A stretch of DNA of 64,000 nt from Archaeoglobus sp. JdFR-37 (GTDB lineage: Archaea; Halobacteriota; Archaeoglobi; Archaeoglobales; Archaeoglobaceae): assembly GCA_002010215.1 (NCBI GenBank), contig MTMY01000004.1, positions 1 through 64,000 of the forward strand. The letters run 5' to 3'. Below, one piece after another: positions 9,551-19,596 of the stretch. Within the stretch, counting starts at the first letter, position 1, and the number at the start of each line of letters is the position of its first letter. The position numbers were made by a program, and so were the translations under genes. The notes under the pieces are model-generated. The model ran no database searches, was not told where the DNA came from, and saw nothing but the letters and a program-made list of their open reading frames with translations.

Positions 9551-12500
9551 ATGCTTCTTACTCTTGACAAATTCTTCCCGCTTTTTGTAGATGAGGGGGT
9601 AGAACTACTAGATTCCAAATTGGCTGAAGAAATAAGGGAATATCACAATAATCTCCTTTCTAACCTTGAAAAAGCTTATGAAATAGCCAAGAAAGCGCGT
9701 TCCCTTGGACTAGACCCATCACCATCAGTCGAAATCCCAATTGCAAGAAACATGGCAGAGAGGGTTGAACAACTCCTAAACATCAGAGGTCTAGCTAAAT
9801 TCATACATGAGCTGGAGGAAAAGGGAGTTCCAAGAGAGAAGATGTGTTTTGAGGTGGCTGATGCCATAGTCAGAGGAGAGTTTGGTGATTTTGACAGACA
9901 TGATGTAATAGATAAAGCAGTAAGGGCCTCCATAGCCATACAGACCGAGGGTGTCGTGGCAGCACCAATAGAGGGAATTGCTAAGGTTAAAATAGACCGC
10001 AACGATGACGGTAGCGAGTTTCTCAAGATATACTATGCTGGCCCCATCAGAAGTGCTGGAGGCACTGCTCAAGTCATATCCGTTCTTGTAGGTGATTTCG
10101 TAAGAAGGAAGCTCGGTCTCAATCGCTACATTCCCACAGAAGAGGAAATTCTTCGTTACTGCGAAGAGATACCACTCTACAAGAAAGTGGCTAACCTGCA
10201 GTACGTGCCATCCGACGATGAAATAAAGCTAATTGTATCCAACTGCCCTGTTTGCATAGATGGAGAGCCAACAGAGGATGCAGAGGTTTCGGGCTACAGA
10301 AATCTGCCAAGGGTGGAGACCAATCGAGTCAGAGGTGGTATGGCTCTTGTTATTGCAGAGGGTATAGCCCTTAAGGCACCAAAATTAAAGAAAATAGTAG
10401 ATTCCATAGGCATAGACGGCTGGGAATGGCTGGATAAATTGATGAAGAAGGGTGGAGATGAGGAAAAGGAAGATGAATCCGCAAACGGTGTAAAGCCCAA
10501 GGATAAGTATCTTTCAGACATCGTTGCTGGCAGACCTGTTTTCAGCCATCCCTCCCGAAAGGGTGGATTCAGGCTGAGATACGGCAGAGCCAGGAACTCT
10601 GGTTTCGCAACAGTGGGTATAAATCCCGCAACGATGGTTCTTACAGACAATTTCATTGCTGTCGGCACTCAGCTGAAGGTTGAGAGGCCCGGAAAGGCTG
10701 GAGGTGTTGTTCCAGTCACTTCAATTGAAGGTCCTACAGTCAGGCTGAAAAATGGGGATGTGGTTAAGGTTAACAGCGAGGGTGAAGCGCTGGCAGTTAA
10801 AGATTTGGTTGAAAAAATCCTTGATCTCGGCGAGATCCTCATCAATTTTGGAGATTTTCTGGAAAACAACCACCCGCTCATTCCATCATCCTACGTCTAT
10901 GAATGGTGGATTCAGGAAGTCGAGGGAAAAATCCCGAAAGGAGATTACAGGAGAATCGATGAGGATACAGCATTGAAGCTCTGCGACGAGTATGCTGTCC
11001 CCCTTCACCCCTATTACACATATCTGTGGCATGATGTCAGCGTTGAAGACATAATCTACCTTCGCAAGTACGTGGCTGAAAAGGGCAAGGTGGAGGGAAA
11101 ATACGGCAGGTCCTGCCTCACCCTAGAAATGGACAGAAAAGCGAAGGAGATTCTGGAAGCAATACTGGTTGAACACAAGGTGAGAGATGGGAGAATAGTA
11201 ATTGAGAAGTGGAAGGTTTTCGTGAGATGCTTGGGTTTGAGCTTCGACCTCAAGCCAATTACAGATTGTAAAGATGAAACTGACCCTCTCAAACTGATCA
11301 AAAAACTTTCCGGGCTGGATGTGAGAGCTAAGGCACCGTCAAGGATTGGCGCGAGAATGGGGAGGCCAGAGAAAGCGAAGGAGAGAAAAATGAGTCCCCC
11401 ACCTCACGTCCTCTTTCCTATATCTCAGGCTGGTGGAAAGACAAGAGACATAAAAATCGCAATTAACCATACCAAGAATGGTGCTAGAGGAGAAATTGAA
11501 GTAGATCTTCCATTAAGGAAGTGCAATAAGTGTGGAAAGGAGAATTTCTACCTTAAATGTGAGTGTGGAGGCTTTACAGAGCAGATTTACGCCTGCCCGA
11601 GATGCGGTACCAAAACCGGAGAAGATATCTGTAAAAATTGCGGGACGGAAAGTGTAGGCTACACAAGAAGGAGGATAAACGTCAGAACACTCTATGAGAA
11701 TGCTTTAAAAAATCTCGGCGAAAGAGATTCTTTTGCTCCAAACCTCAAGGGAGTTATAGGTCTTACTTCCAAAACGAAGTTTCCAGAAAGACTTGAAAAA
11801 GGCATTTTGAGAGCAAAACATGGCGTGTTTGTGTTTAAGGATGGTACTGCAAGATATGACATGACTGATTTGCCAATAACCCACTTCCGTCCTTCAGAAA
11901 TTGGCGTGACTGTTGAAAAGTTGAGAAAACTCGGATATCATTATGACTGGAAGGGTAATGAGCTGAAAAGCGAGGATCAGATAGTTGAGCTCAAACCCCA
12001 AGATCTAATTCTTGCCAGGGATGCCGGCAACTATCTCGTGAAGGTTGCCCAGTTTATAGATGAGCTTCTGGTTAAATTCTACGGAATGGAACCATTCTAC
12101 AACGTTGAAAAGCCAGAGGATCTGATAGGTCATCTAGTTATAGGTCTGGCTCCCCACACATCAGCAGGAGTTCTGGGTAGGATAATTGGTTTCGCAGATG
12201 TGCTAGCAGGGTATGCTCATCCTTACTTCCACGCTGCCAAGAGAAGAAACTGTGATGGAGATGAGGACTGTGTAATGCTTTTGCTAGATGGTTTACTAAA
12301 CTTCTCCCGCTCTTTCCTGCCTGATAAGAGAGGAGGGCAGATGGATGCCCCACTGGTCCTCACCACCATTATAGAACCCAAAGAAGTGGATGGAGAGGTT
12401 CACAATATGGACATCGTCGAGAGGTACCCCCTCGAATTCTACCAAGCCACTCTCCGATGCACCAATCCTAAAGAGCTTGTAGGAGTGATAGAGAGAGTAG

Positions 12501-13000
12501 AGGATAGGTTGGAGAGTGAGTTTAAAAACTGCTGTCTGAAGTTTACCCACGACACCGAAAGCATAGCAGCGGTGAAGGAGAGTTCCTACAAAAGTCTGAA
12601 GTCCATGCACGACAAGGTAAAGCATCAGATGGCTCTGGCGGAGAAAATAATTGCCGTTGATGAGCATGATGTAGCAGAAAGGGTCATAACATCCCACTTC
12701 CTGCCCGACATAATCGGAAACCTCAGGGCTTTCTCAAGACAGGAGTTCAGGTGTGTGAACTGTAATCAGAAATACAGAAGGATTCCTCTCATGGGTAAGT
12801 GCATGAGGTGCGGAGGGAAGTTGACTCTTTCAGTGCATGAAGGCTCAATAAGGAAATATCTGGAGATTTCCCACCAGCTCAGCGATACCTACAACGTCTC
12901 TGAATACACCAGACAGAGGTTGAAACTGATAGACACCGAGATAAACTCCCTTTTTGAGAGTGACGTACAGAAGCAGGTCAAGATTCACGAGTTCTTTTGA
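9551..13000 (+). CDS. polC: DNA polymerase D large subunit (DP2), no intein
   Basis: EGVVAAPIEGI, YAGPIRSAGGTAQ, RIGARMGRPEKA, KRRNCDGDED, Zn-finger regions. Confidence 0.98.
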   Translation: MLLTLDKFFPLFVDEGVELLDSKLAEEIREYHNNLLSNLEKAYEIAKKARSLGLDPSPSVEIPIARNMAERVEQLLNIRGLAKFIHELEEKGVPREKMCFEVADAIVRGEFGDFDRHDVIDKAVRASIAIQTEGVVAAPIEGIAKVKIDRNDDGSEFLKIYYAGPIRSAGGTAQVISVLVGDFVRRKLGLNRYIPTEEEILRYCEEIPLYKKVANLQYVPSDDEIKLIVSNCPVCIDGEPTEDAEVSGYRNLPRVETNRVRGGMALVIAEGIALKAPKLKKIVDSIGIDGWEWLDKLMKKGGDEEKEDESANGVKPKDKYLSDIVAGRPVFSHPSRKGGFRLRYGRARNSGFATVGINPATMVLTDNFIAVGTQLKVERPGKAGGVVPVTSIEGPTVRLKNGDVVKVNSEGEALAVKDLVEKILDLGEILINFGDFLENNHPLIPSSYVYEWWIQEVEGKIPKGDYRRIDEDTALKLCDEYAVPLHPYYTYLWHDVSVEDIIYLRKYVAEKGKVEGKYGRSCLTLEMDRKAKEILEAILVEHKVRDGRIVIEKWKVFVRCLGLSFDLKPITDCKDETDPLKLIKKLSGLDVRAKAPSRIGARMGRPEKAKERKMSPPPHVLFPISQAGGKTRDIKIAINHTKNGARGEIEVDLPLRKCNKCGKENFYLKCECGGFTEQIYACPRCGTKTGEDICKNCGTESVGYTRRRINVRTLYENALKNLGERDSFAPNLKGVIGLTSKTKFPERLEKGILRAKHGVFVFKDGTARYDMTDLPITHFRPSEIGVTVEKLRKLGYHYDWKGNELKSEDQIVELKPQDLILARDAGNYLVKVAQFIDELLVKFYGMEPFYNVEKPEDLIGHLVIGLAPHTSAGVLGRIIGFADVLAGYAHPYFHAAKRRNCDGDEDCVMLLLDGLLNFSRSFLPDKRGGQMDAPLVLTTIIEPKEVDGEVHNMDIVERYPLEFYQATLRCTNPKELVGVIERVEDRLESEFKNCCLKFTHDTESIAAVKESSYKSLKSMHDKVKHQMALAEKIIAVDEHDVAERVITSHFLPDIIGNLRAFSRQEFRCVNCNQKYRRIPLMGKCMRCGGKLTLSVHEGSIRKYLEISHQLSDTYNVSEYTRQRLKLIDTEINSLFESDVQKQVKIHEFF

Positions 13001-13291
13001 AATTGATTATTGATTTTTTAATTTAATCAGATGCAAAGCGAGTAGCCAAGTACATCACTGCTAATTCAGCTTCAACTTGACGCCACTAATGACTACCCAC
13101 TCGTCCCTAAGTTTCATACTGAATATTATATTCTCTAAATATATTCTAAATATGGTAAATCAGCTGAAATAAAACTCCGGAATGGAGGAAGGGTAAGTAG
13201 GAGGTAGGAGGAGAAAAATATAGAAAATAGGATTGAAGTATAAATCAAAGGAGTGCCTTTCAGATGTACCTAACTGCCATAAAAATCATAC

Positions 13292-14974
13292 TCAACCTTT
13301 CCTCTGACTCTCATAAAGCCTGGCAACCCTCTCGATGGAGTCAGCCTCATCTACATCTTTGTCATCCCTCAGCCTGACATAGCGAGGGAAGCGTAGCGCG
13401 AAACCGCTTTCATACTTTGGACTCTTTTGAATTTCCTGATATGCTACCTCAAAAACGTATTTGGGCGTGAAGATAACTCTCTTCCCTTCTTGATATTCAA
13501 TGAGTGGTTTGAAGAGTTCTGTGAGTTCCTGCAGATCATCCTCGGTGAATCCAGTAGCTACTTTCCCTACTGTCAGGAGCTTTCCTGTTTCTGGATCAAT
13601 GCACGCGAGCTCGAAACTACTGAGCCAGTGACTTCTTTTGCCCTCCCCCCATTCACCACCCACAACAACCAGATCCAGAGTCTCCATCACCGCTTTGAGC
13701 TTTAACCAGTGTTTTCCTCGTTTTCCGGGCACATAAGGGGAAAAAGGGTTCTTCATCATAACTCCTTCATGCCCTGCTTCTAGCGCATCGCCGTAGACTC
13801 TCTCTATTTCGCTCACATCACTAGTAACTACTTGCGTTGCAATTTTTAGCCTTTCTCCTTCCTTCACAACAGTTTCTAGCACCTTTCTCCGCTCTTCTAG
13901 AGGCCTGTCTATTAGCTCTCCATCCCAGTAAAGGACATCGAAGAAATACACTTCCAGCGGGATTTTTTCCACCATCTTCCCCACTTCGTGTTTTCTCCTG
14001 AATCTTCGCAGCACATGCTGGAAAGGCATGGGTTTTCCATCTTTAACTGCAATAACCTCTCCATCCAGTATCACATTCTCCGAAACGCCCTTCTTTATTT
14101 CCTCCACTATCTCTGGCAATGCGTTTGTGACATTCTCAAGCCTTCTGGAGAAAATGGTGATTTTCCCGTTACCATAATGAACCTGAACTCTGCTCCCATC
14201 GAACTTCCATTCCACAGCAACCTTGCCCATCTCCTCCACAGCCTCACTAATACTATCTGCAACCTGAGCCAGCATCATTCTGACAGGAATATGTAGCTGA
14301 ACCTTCATTTTAAGCAATCCTTCCCGGCCTTCGTTTCTGGCAACAACTGCAACCTTTCCGAAATCGTTGGAGATCATGTAAGCTCTTTCAACCACCTCAT
14401 TTTCAATGCCCCACGCCTTCGCTATTGCGTCCCTTATTATGCCCTCTCCCACGCCCAGCCTCATTTCGCCAAGTATCAGCCTTGTCAGATATCTGGCTTC
14501 GAGAGGTGAGGCGGTGATGTAAAGATCCGCCAGCATCCTTATCTTCTTCTTTTGGCTCCCTTCCCCAACCAGAGAGCTCATTTCGTCAAAAACTTCCCTT
14601 AGCTTTCTCAAGGTCAGTTCTTCCTCAAAAAGGGTAAGCTGTTTTTTACCGGAAACCGCTCTTTCCGCAGCCAAGCCCAGATCTCCCGTCTCCCTAATCC
14701 AATCCTCTATTTTTCTTCGATCGACGCCGGTTGCAAGCTTCAAGGCTTCGTAAATTAGCCCTACGCCTACACCTACCTCCCTCTCATCCCACGGAGGGTA
14801 AACTCTACCCATGAGAAACATTACAGAATCATAGAGGTCAGCATCGCTATCAATTTTCTTGATAAAAGAAGCTATCCTAGCTGCCAGCTCAAGGGTTGAA
14901 GAGATTTTTTCTATAACACTGCAGAACTCTGCAAACTCTGCAAAGGTCAGAGGGGTCAGCATTTCGTTGGTCAT
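13292..14974 (-). CDS. lig: ATP-dependent DNA ligase
   Basis: Motif I EWKFDGSRVQVH, EGVMMK, motif VI LRFPR...RDDK. Confidence 0.97.
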   Translation of the reverse strand: MTNEMLTPLTFAEFAEFCSVIEKISSTLELAARIASFIKKIDSDADLYDSVMFLMGRVYPPWDEREVGVGVGLIYEALKLATGVDRRKIEDWIRETGDLGLAAERAVSGKKQLTLFEEELTLRKLREVFDEMSSLVGEGSQKKKIRMLADLYITASPLEARYLTRLILGEMRLGVGEGIIRDAIAKAWGIENEVVERAYMISNDFGKVAVVARNEGREGLLKMKVQLHIPVRMMLAQVADSISEAVEEMGKVAVEWKFDGSRVQVHYGNGKITIFSRRLENVTNALPEIVEEIKKGVSENVILDGEVIAVKDGKPMPFQHVLRRFRRKHEVGKMVEKIPLEVYFFDVLYWDGELIDRPLEERRKVLETVVKEGERLKIATQVVTSDVSEIERVYGDALEAGHEGVMMKNPFSPYVPGKRGKHWLKLKAVMETLDLVVVGGEWGEGKRSHWLSSFELACIDPETGKLLTVGKVATGFTEDDLQELTELFKPLIEYQEGKRVIFTPKYVFEVAYQEIQKSPKYESGFALRFPRYVRLRDDKDVDEADSIERVARLYESQRKG

Positions 14975-15078
14975 CGCATAATTATATGCCTCTAGCTATT
15001 TCCTTTTTTCGATGATGAAGGGCACGAAAAATAGAGAGAAGAAAGGCAGATAGCGGAGAAAAAGTTAAAGGGTTTTTT

Positions 15079-15324
15079 ATGTTACTCCAAACCATGAGAA
15101 TAAAAGAGGAGTTGATTAAAGCTGTTAACAAGCTCTTCGATGACTTCGAAGAAATGGAAGACATAACATACGAAAGAGTTCAGTGGGAGCTGGATTATAT
15201 GGTATATCCGTACATAGGGTCGTTTCTTGCCAGCGGGGACATCAGCAAAGATGATGCTATTGAGATTTTTAACCTGTGTGAGAGCAGATTAAAAGAGCTG
15301 AAATTAAAACTAGATAATGTTTAG
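15079..15324 (+). CDS. small acidic helical hypothetical protein (paralogue of 16845-17117)
   Basis: Intact 81-aa ORF sharing the VYPYI-x5-SG-x-I...F-x2-C motif with 16845-17117. Confidence 0.7.
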   Translation: MLLQTMRIKEELIKAVNKLFDDFEEMEDITYERVQWELDYMVYPYIGSFLASGDISKDDAIEIFNLCESRLKELKLKLDNV

Positions 15325-15343
15325 AGTGGCAATCAGAGAAAAA

Positions 15344-15742
15344 TCAGAGATTTTTCTCCACCCACCTCTTTAGCTCACCTTTCGGAAGTGCCCCTACAAC
15401 CTGATCCACAGGTTTCCCATTCTTAAAGAATATCAGCGTTGGGATTGCAGATATGCTGTATCTGGCTGCAACCGATGGGTTTTCATCTGTATTAAGCTTG
15501 GCAAAGACCACCCTTCCTGCATACTCTTTGGCAAGCTCATCGATGATTGGTGCGACCATCCTGCATGGCATGCACCATTCAGCCCAGAAGTCCACCACAA
15601 CATTCGTGTTTTCTGCCAAAACCTTATCAAAATTTGATGCGTCCACCTTTACCGGCGATGAAACTGCTTTCTGCGTTTCCCCGCTCATTTTCAGCATCAA
15701 CTCCTTCAGTTTTTTCTGCCTTATTTTTTCCAGTTCGTCCAT
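15344..15742 (-). CDS. trxA: thioredoxin
   Basis: VDFWAEWCMPC, IPT, and the N-terminal MDELEKIRQKKL extension of archaeal Trx. Confidence 0.96.
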   Translation of the reverse strand: MDELEKIRQKKLKELMLKMSGETQKAVSSPVKVDASNFDKVLAENTNVVVDFWAEWCMPCRMVAPIIDELAKEYAGRVVFAKLNTDENPSVAARYSISAIPTLIFFKNGKPVDQVVGALPKGELKRWVEKNL

Positions 15743-15839
15743 GTATTTACCCTTTATTGTAGAACAAAAGATATTTCGGTGACGTGAGAATTAACATCAA
15801 AACCTTCATGCTTTCACGTCTTCGTGTCCTTCACAAACT

Positions 15840-16814
15840 TTACCAGTTTTTACTTTTTACCACTTTTACCAGATTTGCCACTTTTTCCGATAGCACTGCC
15901 ATCTGGAGCTGCCTTGTCACCTCATAAAAATCCTTCTCGCTAACATTCAGCCAGTCAAAGTGGGAAAATTCTGACCTGCAAATAGCCCTCATACTACCAA
16001 TTCTAAAGGATAATCTGGGAAGCTCTTGTCTCAGTCTCCATTTAGCAATTGTTGGTGTCTGGACTGCCTTAATAGCTCTCCCAATATCCATACCATCCAG
16101 AACTGTTAGCAAAAGAATTTCCACTATGTGATTAATCCTGTCAGGAACCCCAACAACATCTCCTTTCAGCAAGATTTTTGTAGAAACAACATCAAAACCA
16201 TTCTTTTCAAGTCTCTTTCCGATTTCAGAAGTCAATCCCTTTTTGTTTCCAGCCTTATCAACAATACCTCCCACAACATAGCATTCTGCCCGCTGCCCTG
16301 TAAATACCTCTTCACCCGAGGGGTCCAGCAGCAATACCTTGTCGATGTCCTTATCTCTGAGAAAGTCCTCCAAGTTCGGATAGTGAGGACAGGATAACTC
16401 ACTTTCAATTCCACATACTGCCAACCTCTCATCCCACATATAACGCCTGACAACACCAAGCGTTGCTTTTAACTGAATCTGGAGACTCCTTAACTCCTTC
16501 TGGTTGTGGAGGTGTGGAAAGGATGCATCTATGGCGATGTGGGGAAAATCTTTAGCCTTTGCCATCAACTCGTCTCTTCCCAAAACTTCCTCTCCGCAAT
16601 TTCCAGCGTAGGCATCCGGAACCCCTCTTAACAATCTCCCTTCTAAATCCAGACATATCCTCTCGACTTTATGGGCCTTACACAACCTGATCCTGCCACA
16701 TGCAATTTGAGAAGCAATAAAAGCCAAAGGATCGCTACTCTCCAGTCCTGGTGCATAAATTCTCCTGATACCCTTTTTTCTGGCGATATCAACAAAGATG
16801 TCCTTCAGCTTCAC
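15840..16814 (-). CDS. trm10: tRNA m1R9 methyltransferase Trm10 (SPOUT)
   Basis: LLDP, YVVGGIVDK, VGVPDRINHIVEILL motifs of archaeal Trm10. Confidence 0.8.
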   Translation of the reverse strand: MKLKDIFVDIARKKGIRRIYAPGLESSDPLAFIASQIACGRIRLCKAHKVERICLDLEGRLLRGVPDAYAGNCGEEVLGRDELMAKAKDFPHIAIDASFPHLHNQKELRSLQIQLKATLGVVRRYMWDERLAVCGIESELSCPHYPNLEDFLRDKDIDKVLLLDPSGEEVFTGQRAECYVVGGIVDKAGNKKGLTSEIGKRLEKNGFDVVSTKILLKGDVVGVPDRINHIVEILLLTVLDGMDIGRAIKAVQTPTIAKWRLRQELPRLSFRIGSMRAICRSEFSHFDWLNVSEKDFYEVTRQLQMAVLSEKVANLVKVVKSKNW

Positions 16815-16844
16815 ATCCTGAGGTGTTTTGGCAAGAATTAAAAA

Positions 16845-17117
16845 TTAGCGGAAAGAGCGATCTATATCTTCAATTCCTACCAGCTTCATCAGTTCACCAA
16901 CGAGCTCATCACAGTAAGCCATAAACTCTTCATATTCTTCAAAACCGATCTGCCCACTCTGGTATAAGCTTGTGATATAAGGATACACAGCTTCGAGGTC
17001 ATCCATGAACATCTGAACCGCCATCTCGTCTCCCATTTCTGCATACCCTTTGTACCACCTTTCCACCATTTCCCTTATTTCATCCAAAGTCCCCAGCTTG
17101 CTGAAATCAAATTTCAT
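16845..17117 (-). CDS. small acidic helical hypothetical protein (paralogue of 15079-15324)
   Basis: Intact 90-aa ORF with GGTGA RBS and the VYPYITSLYQSGQI...FMAYC motif. Confidence 0.7.
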   Translation of the reverse strand: MKFDFSKLGTLDEIREMVERWYKGYAEMGDEMAVQMFMDDLEAVYPYITSLYQSGQIGFEEYEEFMAYCDELVGELMKLVGIEDIDRSFR

Positions 17118-17204
17118 TTTATCACCTTATTATCACCTTATTCCACGGCTTCACTCTCCATCACATATTTGCCCTTCACTACTATTTACTACCACTCCTA
17201 CGTA

Positions 17205-17366
17205 CTACCATTCAATACTCATACATCCTTTACCGTCTTTAAGAGCTTCAAAAATCGAGCATGTACGGCATTTATGCTCCCAGCCAGAAATGCTTTGATT
17301 TTCAGGACATTTCACACCCAGATCGTATAAACAGAAGTTCTCAGCCTTCTCAGCCATTTCAGTCAT
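17205..17366 (-). CDS. putative 53-aa Cys-rich microprotein
   Basis: Manual translation MTEMAEKAENFCLYDLGVKCPENQSISGWEHKCRTCSIFEALKDGKGCMSIEW*; TATA-like TTAAATA about 25 nt upstream. Below the ORF-track cutoff. Confidence 0.5.
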   Translation of the reverse strand: MTEMAEKAENFCLYDLGVKCPENQSISGWEHKCRTCSIFEALKDGKGCMSIEW

Positions 17367-17400
17367 GAATAAAAGTTAAAAAAATAAGGTATTTAACAAT

Positions 17401-17700
17401 TTAGTGCTTTAGATACTGGTCTTCACTTCTCTGCTCAAACCACTTGCAGTTCTTGACTACCACGTACTTACTGACGCACCAGTAGAAAGGCCAGTGGATA
17501 ATCTTGCAGTATCCAACCAAATCTGCTGGTGGGAAGACTGTTCCGGGTATTATCGGCTTCAACCACTTGCAGTCTTTGCACTTATGGGGGAACTGTTTGA
17601 TGAATTCTGCTTGCTCAGGTGTCAGTATTGGTGGTCTTGGCCCAGCTTCATCCGCCGGGAAGCTGAATTCCACCTTCTCAACATGCTCCATGACTATCAC
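17401..17700 (-). CDS. small Cys-rich protein resembling benzylsuccinate synthase gamma/beta (BssC/BssB)-type Fe-S subunits
   Basis: CKDC...P...GYC...YW.VSK...C.WF..R pattern; overlaps the upstream stop (GTGA). Confidence 0.55.
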   Translation of the reverse strand: MIVMEHVEKVEFSFPADEAGPRPPILTPEQAEFIKQFPHKCKDCKWLKPIIPGTVFPPADLVGYCKIIHWPFYWCVSKYVVVKNCKWFEQRSEDQYLKH

Positions 17701-18170
17701 TCCTCCGCTCCAGGCCCATAGACAGGCTTACCCGGATACTTATCCTTGGCCCAAACTTCCTCACTCTTAGTCCTGTCAATCCATGCAAATCTCCTGACCT
17801 CAGCGAAGCCAGCCTTCTTCGGCTGGTTGGGCATGCTCCTTATGAAGTTACCTCTGAGGTTCTCAACCCTAACTCTCGCCTCTCCTGTGTAGGTCTTGGG
17901 ATCCCTCATCAGTCCGTAAAACGGCCTAGTTTTGCCTTCAACTCCAACCTTGTATGCGACATATCCATCGTTTGGATTGTCTGCGTAAAGTGGTAGTATA
18001 TCAGGGCTATCATCCACTTTTGTTGGCCCCTCCAACAGTTCTCCATTCAGGAATCTGAATTTAGCTACTGTATCGCATCCAGCACACTTCACCTTTCCTT
18101 CCCAGTTCCAGAAATAGTAAGGATCAAGGTAGTTAACCCATCCGCACTCACATTCCCAGTAGTAAACCAT
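17697..18170 (-). CDS. hypothetical Cys4 metal-binding protein (CxC...CxxC)
   Basis: ECECGW...KCAGC; GGAGGTG RBS; 12 bp after the CoA-transferase stop. Confidence 0.75.
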   Translation of the reverse strand: MVYYWECECGWVNYLDPYYFWNWEGKVKCAGCDTVAKFRFLNGELLEGPTKVDDSPDILPLYADNPNDGYVAYKVGVEGKTRPFYGLMRDPKTYTGEARVRVENLRGNFIRSMPNQPKKAGFAEVRRFAWIDRTKSEEVWAKDKYPGKPVYGPGAEE

Positions 18171-18182
18171 TGTTACACCTCC

Positions 18183-19586
18183 TTAGATGACTCCCTTCTC
18201 CCACAGTTCCTTCAGCTTGCTCATCGGATAGCCGAGGAGCTCGTGGTAGATGCGGATGTTGTCACTGCCAATCGGCCTCCACACCCACTTTGTGCGTGGC
18301 GGCGTTTCGCTCAGCTTCACATGCCAGTTCTGGGTGAGGACTTCGCCATACATTGGATCATCAACCCATCTTATGGTTCCTCTCTCCCAGAAGTGCTCGC
18401 TCTCGTAGATGTCCTTTGCAGACATTACTGGCACCGCAATCAGGCCAGCATTATTGATGGCCTCAACCACTTCACTTCTCGTTTTGTCAGCAGCCCACTC
18501 CTCCAGAGCCCTGTAGATTTCAGTCTGTGCCTCTGGCTTCACTCTCTCCTTCAGAGTCTTGTACTTCTCCCACAGATCTGGTCTGCCAATCAGGTAGCAG
18601 AGCTCCCTGAAGTCCTCATCCTGGAAGGCGGAGACCATCACATATCTGCTCTCAACACTGATCTGCGGGTTCGGATGCTCCAGATCGTCAGTCTTGCCAG
18701 TCATTATTATGCCATGAACTGCCAACAATGTGTCCCAGTTACCCCATCTCTGCCTGACAACTCCAAACCTGCCGTACAGCGGGAAGGAGTAGCCGGTTGC
18801 TCTGGTAGAACAGCTGATCTGAGAGAGGTCAATGAATGTACCCTCTCCGGTCTTCCTCCTGTAGTGGGCAGCAGCAAGCACACCAATGAGGCCGGTAAGA
18901 CCAGCATACCAGTCAATGATCCAGTTGGTGTGCTTCACCGGGTGTCCTCCGAAGTCCTCATGCCAGCCAGTTATAGCGGCAAGCCCACCGCAGGCCTGGC
19001 CGAGGATATCGTAGCTTCCGCCATATCTTCTTGGCCCGTAGTTACCGAAGCCTCCCAGCCAGATGTAGATCAGGCGTGGGTTTACCTCTTTGAGTTGGGG
19101 ATAACCGATTCCCCATCTGTAGAAGGTACCTGGCCTGTAGCACTCTGCCATGCTGTCTGAAACTCTGATTAGGTCATAGTATAGGGGCTTTGCTTCCTCA
19201 GCGTGATAGTCGAGGGTCACGAAGTACTTGTTGACATTGGCATGCAGGAAACCAAATCCAGTACCAACCAATGGTCGGTGGTCAGTCTCAGGCCACAGGT
19301 ACGCTTCATTGAATGGAGATGTGTGTCTCATGGGGTCTCCAAGCTTTGGCATCTCTATTTTGATGACTTCAGCACCATACTCTCCAAGGGTCGCACCAAG
19401 GTGAGGGCTGAGGATATACATTGTGGATGAAATGTGTCTCCAGCCTTTCAACGCTTCAGGTTTGTCAAAGGTTTTGCTCGGATCGAATACCTTCCTGCAG
19501 TATTCTTCAAACGGGATTTTGTCAAGCTCCTCTCCTGTTTCAGGATTCTTATCAAATGGAGGGTCAAAACTCCAGCTTCCAACCAT
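18183..19586 (-). CDS. class III (CaiB/BaiF) CoA-transferase, subunit 2
   Basis: YGAEVIKIE...[41 protein letters not shown] (catalytic Asp position). Confidence 0.92.
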   Translation of the reverse strand: MVGSWSFDPPFDKNPETGEELDKIPFEEYCRKVFDPSKTFDKPEALKGWRHISSTMYILSPHLGATLGEYGAEVIKIEMPKLGDPMRHTSPFNEAYLWPETDHRPLVGTGFGFLHANVNKYFVTLDYHAEEAKPLYYDLIRVSDSMAECYRPGTFYRWGIGYPQLKEVNPRLIYIWLGGFGNYGPRRYGGSYDILGQACGGLAAITGWHEDFGGHPVKHTNWIIDWYAGLTGLIGVLAAAHYRRKTGEGTFIDLSQISCSTRATGYSFPLYGRFGVVRQRWGNWDTLLAVHGIIMTGKTDDLEHPNPQISVESRYVMVSAFQDEDFRELCYLIGRPDLWEKYKTLKERVKPEAQTEIYRALEEWAADKTRSEVVEAINNAGLIAVPVMSAKDIYESEHFWERGTIRWVDDPMYGEVLTQNWHVKLSETPPRTKWVWRPIGSDNIRIYHELLGYPMSKLKELWEKGVI

Positions 19587-19596
19587 TTAAACCACC

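Noticed and set aside
9551..13000. Intein in DP2
   Set aside because: The 1149-aa length is normal and KRRNCDGDED is uninterrupted; no intein motifs are visible
13001..13291. Possible sRNA or small ORF between polC and lig
   Set aside because: Only partial box-like motifs and a very short frame; no supportable structure
18243..19160. 305-aa plus-strand ORF and other long antisense ORFs (e.g. 1367-1999, 26776-27318, 36640-37203)
   Set aside because: They are shadow frames opposite well-supported genes and have no recognisable motifs
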